Below are positions 63,119 to 64,000 of a DNA stretch of 64,000 nt, one piece after another. This DNA is from an uncultured Spirochaetota bacterium (GTDB lineage: Bacteria; Spirochaetota; Spirochaetia; SZUA-6; Fen-1364). The position numbers and the translations under genes were made by a program. The notes beneath the pieces were generated by a model. That model saw nothing but the letters and a program-made list of their open reading frames with translations. It searched no databases and had not been told where the DNA came from. The DNA lies in contig CAVUXE010000003.1 of assembly GCA_963745235.1 (NCBI GenBank), positions 81,257 through 145,256 on the forward strand. Reading direction: 5' to 3'. Within the stretch, counting starts at the first letter, position 1. Each line of letters starts with the position of its first letter.

Positions 63119-63471
63119 ATGAAGGTCGAACAGCCTGCTAGCGCCATCGAAGCCCGCCTGGTCGTCCCGAGCGGACCGGGAAACCCGATATGCTCCGCGT
63201 CTACGGCGGAGCGACAATTAGCGACCTCATCGCAAACGCTCTGTCCCGGGACACTTCTTATCACCTCGCTTGCCAATGGTCAGCTTATCCGGGTGGCGGA
63301 GCTGATGGACGTTCCGGGGATTCGTCTTTCTGATGGAAAGGAACCTGACGCGGGGGTCGTGGCACTCGCCCGCGAAGCCGGCGCCGCGCTCCTGGTATCG
63401 CGGGCAAGCCGTGAAAACCTTTGCGCGCGCGCCGCGCAGTGCCTGGCCGCGGAGAAGGTGCCCGGCAATGA
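63119..63471 (+). CDS. inverted copy of the DRTGG protein (indels)
   Basis: GTLLITSLANGQLIRVAELMD. Confidence 0.55.
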
Positions 63472-64000
63472 TCACGCTGAGCTTTCGAATTGCAGGAGGG
63501 GGACTTCAATTAAACCGGCCTTGCGGCGCGGAAGCTCAAGGAGCAGCTTTCGAAGCTGGGCGTGGATGCCTCCGTCCTGCGACGCGCAATGATTGCCGCC
63601 TACGAAGCGGAGATGAACGTGGTCATCCACGCCCGCACCGGCACCCTGTGGGCCCGCGTGGATGAGACGAAGCTCGACCTGGAGGTTGCTGACGAAGGCC
63701 CGGGGATACCCGATGTCGAGCTTGCCTTGCAGGAGGGCTGGTCCACGGCCTCCGAGCAGGCCCGACAGATGGGGACTGGGCCCGGCCTCGGCCTTCCGAA
63801 TATCCGTCGAAACAGCGACCATTTCCAGATCGAGACCAGGGTGGGCCGGGGCACGCGCATCAGGTCCACGATTCTCTTCGGGACGGGCTCACCCTCTCCC
63901 GGCACAGGCTCCCGTTCTCAACACCCCCCTTCGTGGACACGGATCGCTGCAGAGGCTGCCGGAGATGCATCTTTGCCTGCCCCGTGGGAGCAATTCGCGC
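63468..64000 (+). CDS. inverted copy of the RsbT-hydrogenase fusion (partial, indels)
   Basis: YEAEMNVVIHA...; ferredoxin motif at window edge. Confidence 0.55.

Larger units (their letters stand above)
53313..64000. repeat. right arm of the inverted duplication (indel-rich, runs off window)
   Basis: Starts GCGCTATTTCCCTTCGCTG, the reverse complement of ~53080-53098; same genes in mirror order. Confidence 0.95.

Noticed and set aside
302-64000. Long antisense or overlapping ORFs (e.g. 302-1978, 18123-19841, 32748-35213)
   Set aside because: Shadow ORFs expected at high GC; they carry no motifs and overlap well-supported genes.
1-64000. Mobile elements, prophage, defence systems, tRNA or rRNA genes
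   Set aside because: None recognised by eye; small structured RNAs cannot be excluded without a covariance-model search.

Overview
GC-rich bacterial DNA, probably an anaerobic free-living spirochaete (inferred from the STAS-Zn-ribbon anti-anti-sigma factor, Asp-type MurA, FabV and DUF342/FapA). Bases 1-29.3 kb hold housekeeping and envelope genes: TrmJ, a PspA/DjlA envelope cluster, MurA, superoxide reductase plus ferritin, a peptide ABC importer, FabV, three tandem M42 peptidases, a cadherin-like lipoprotein and a TetR/epimerase pair. Bases 29.3-50.4 kb are a co-oriented minus-strand hydrogen-metabolism and signalling region. It starts with a sensor-less kinase, a sigma-54 activator, a pseudo-receiver-FapA fusion, and a Methyltransf_19 methyltransferase coupled to a PAS hybrid kinase. 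Next come tandem enhancer-like sites and a near-consensus sigma-54 promoter in front of a ~14 kb operon: DRTGG, an RsbT-like kinase fused to a degenerate [FeFe]-hydrogenase domain, DRTGG, PHP, HATPase, HydC, HydD, a HydB-GltD fusion, HydA, an [FeFe]-hydrogenase-histidine kinase, two receivers and a receiver-kinase. From ~53313 to the end, the sequence is an inverted copy of ~42411-53098. It truncates an AddA/UvrD helicase and is most likely a fold-back read or assembly artefact with mosaic polishing. The many single-base frameshifts look like long-read errors. All calls come from reading motifs by eye; no searches were run.
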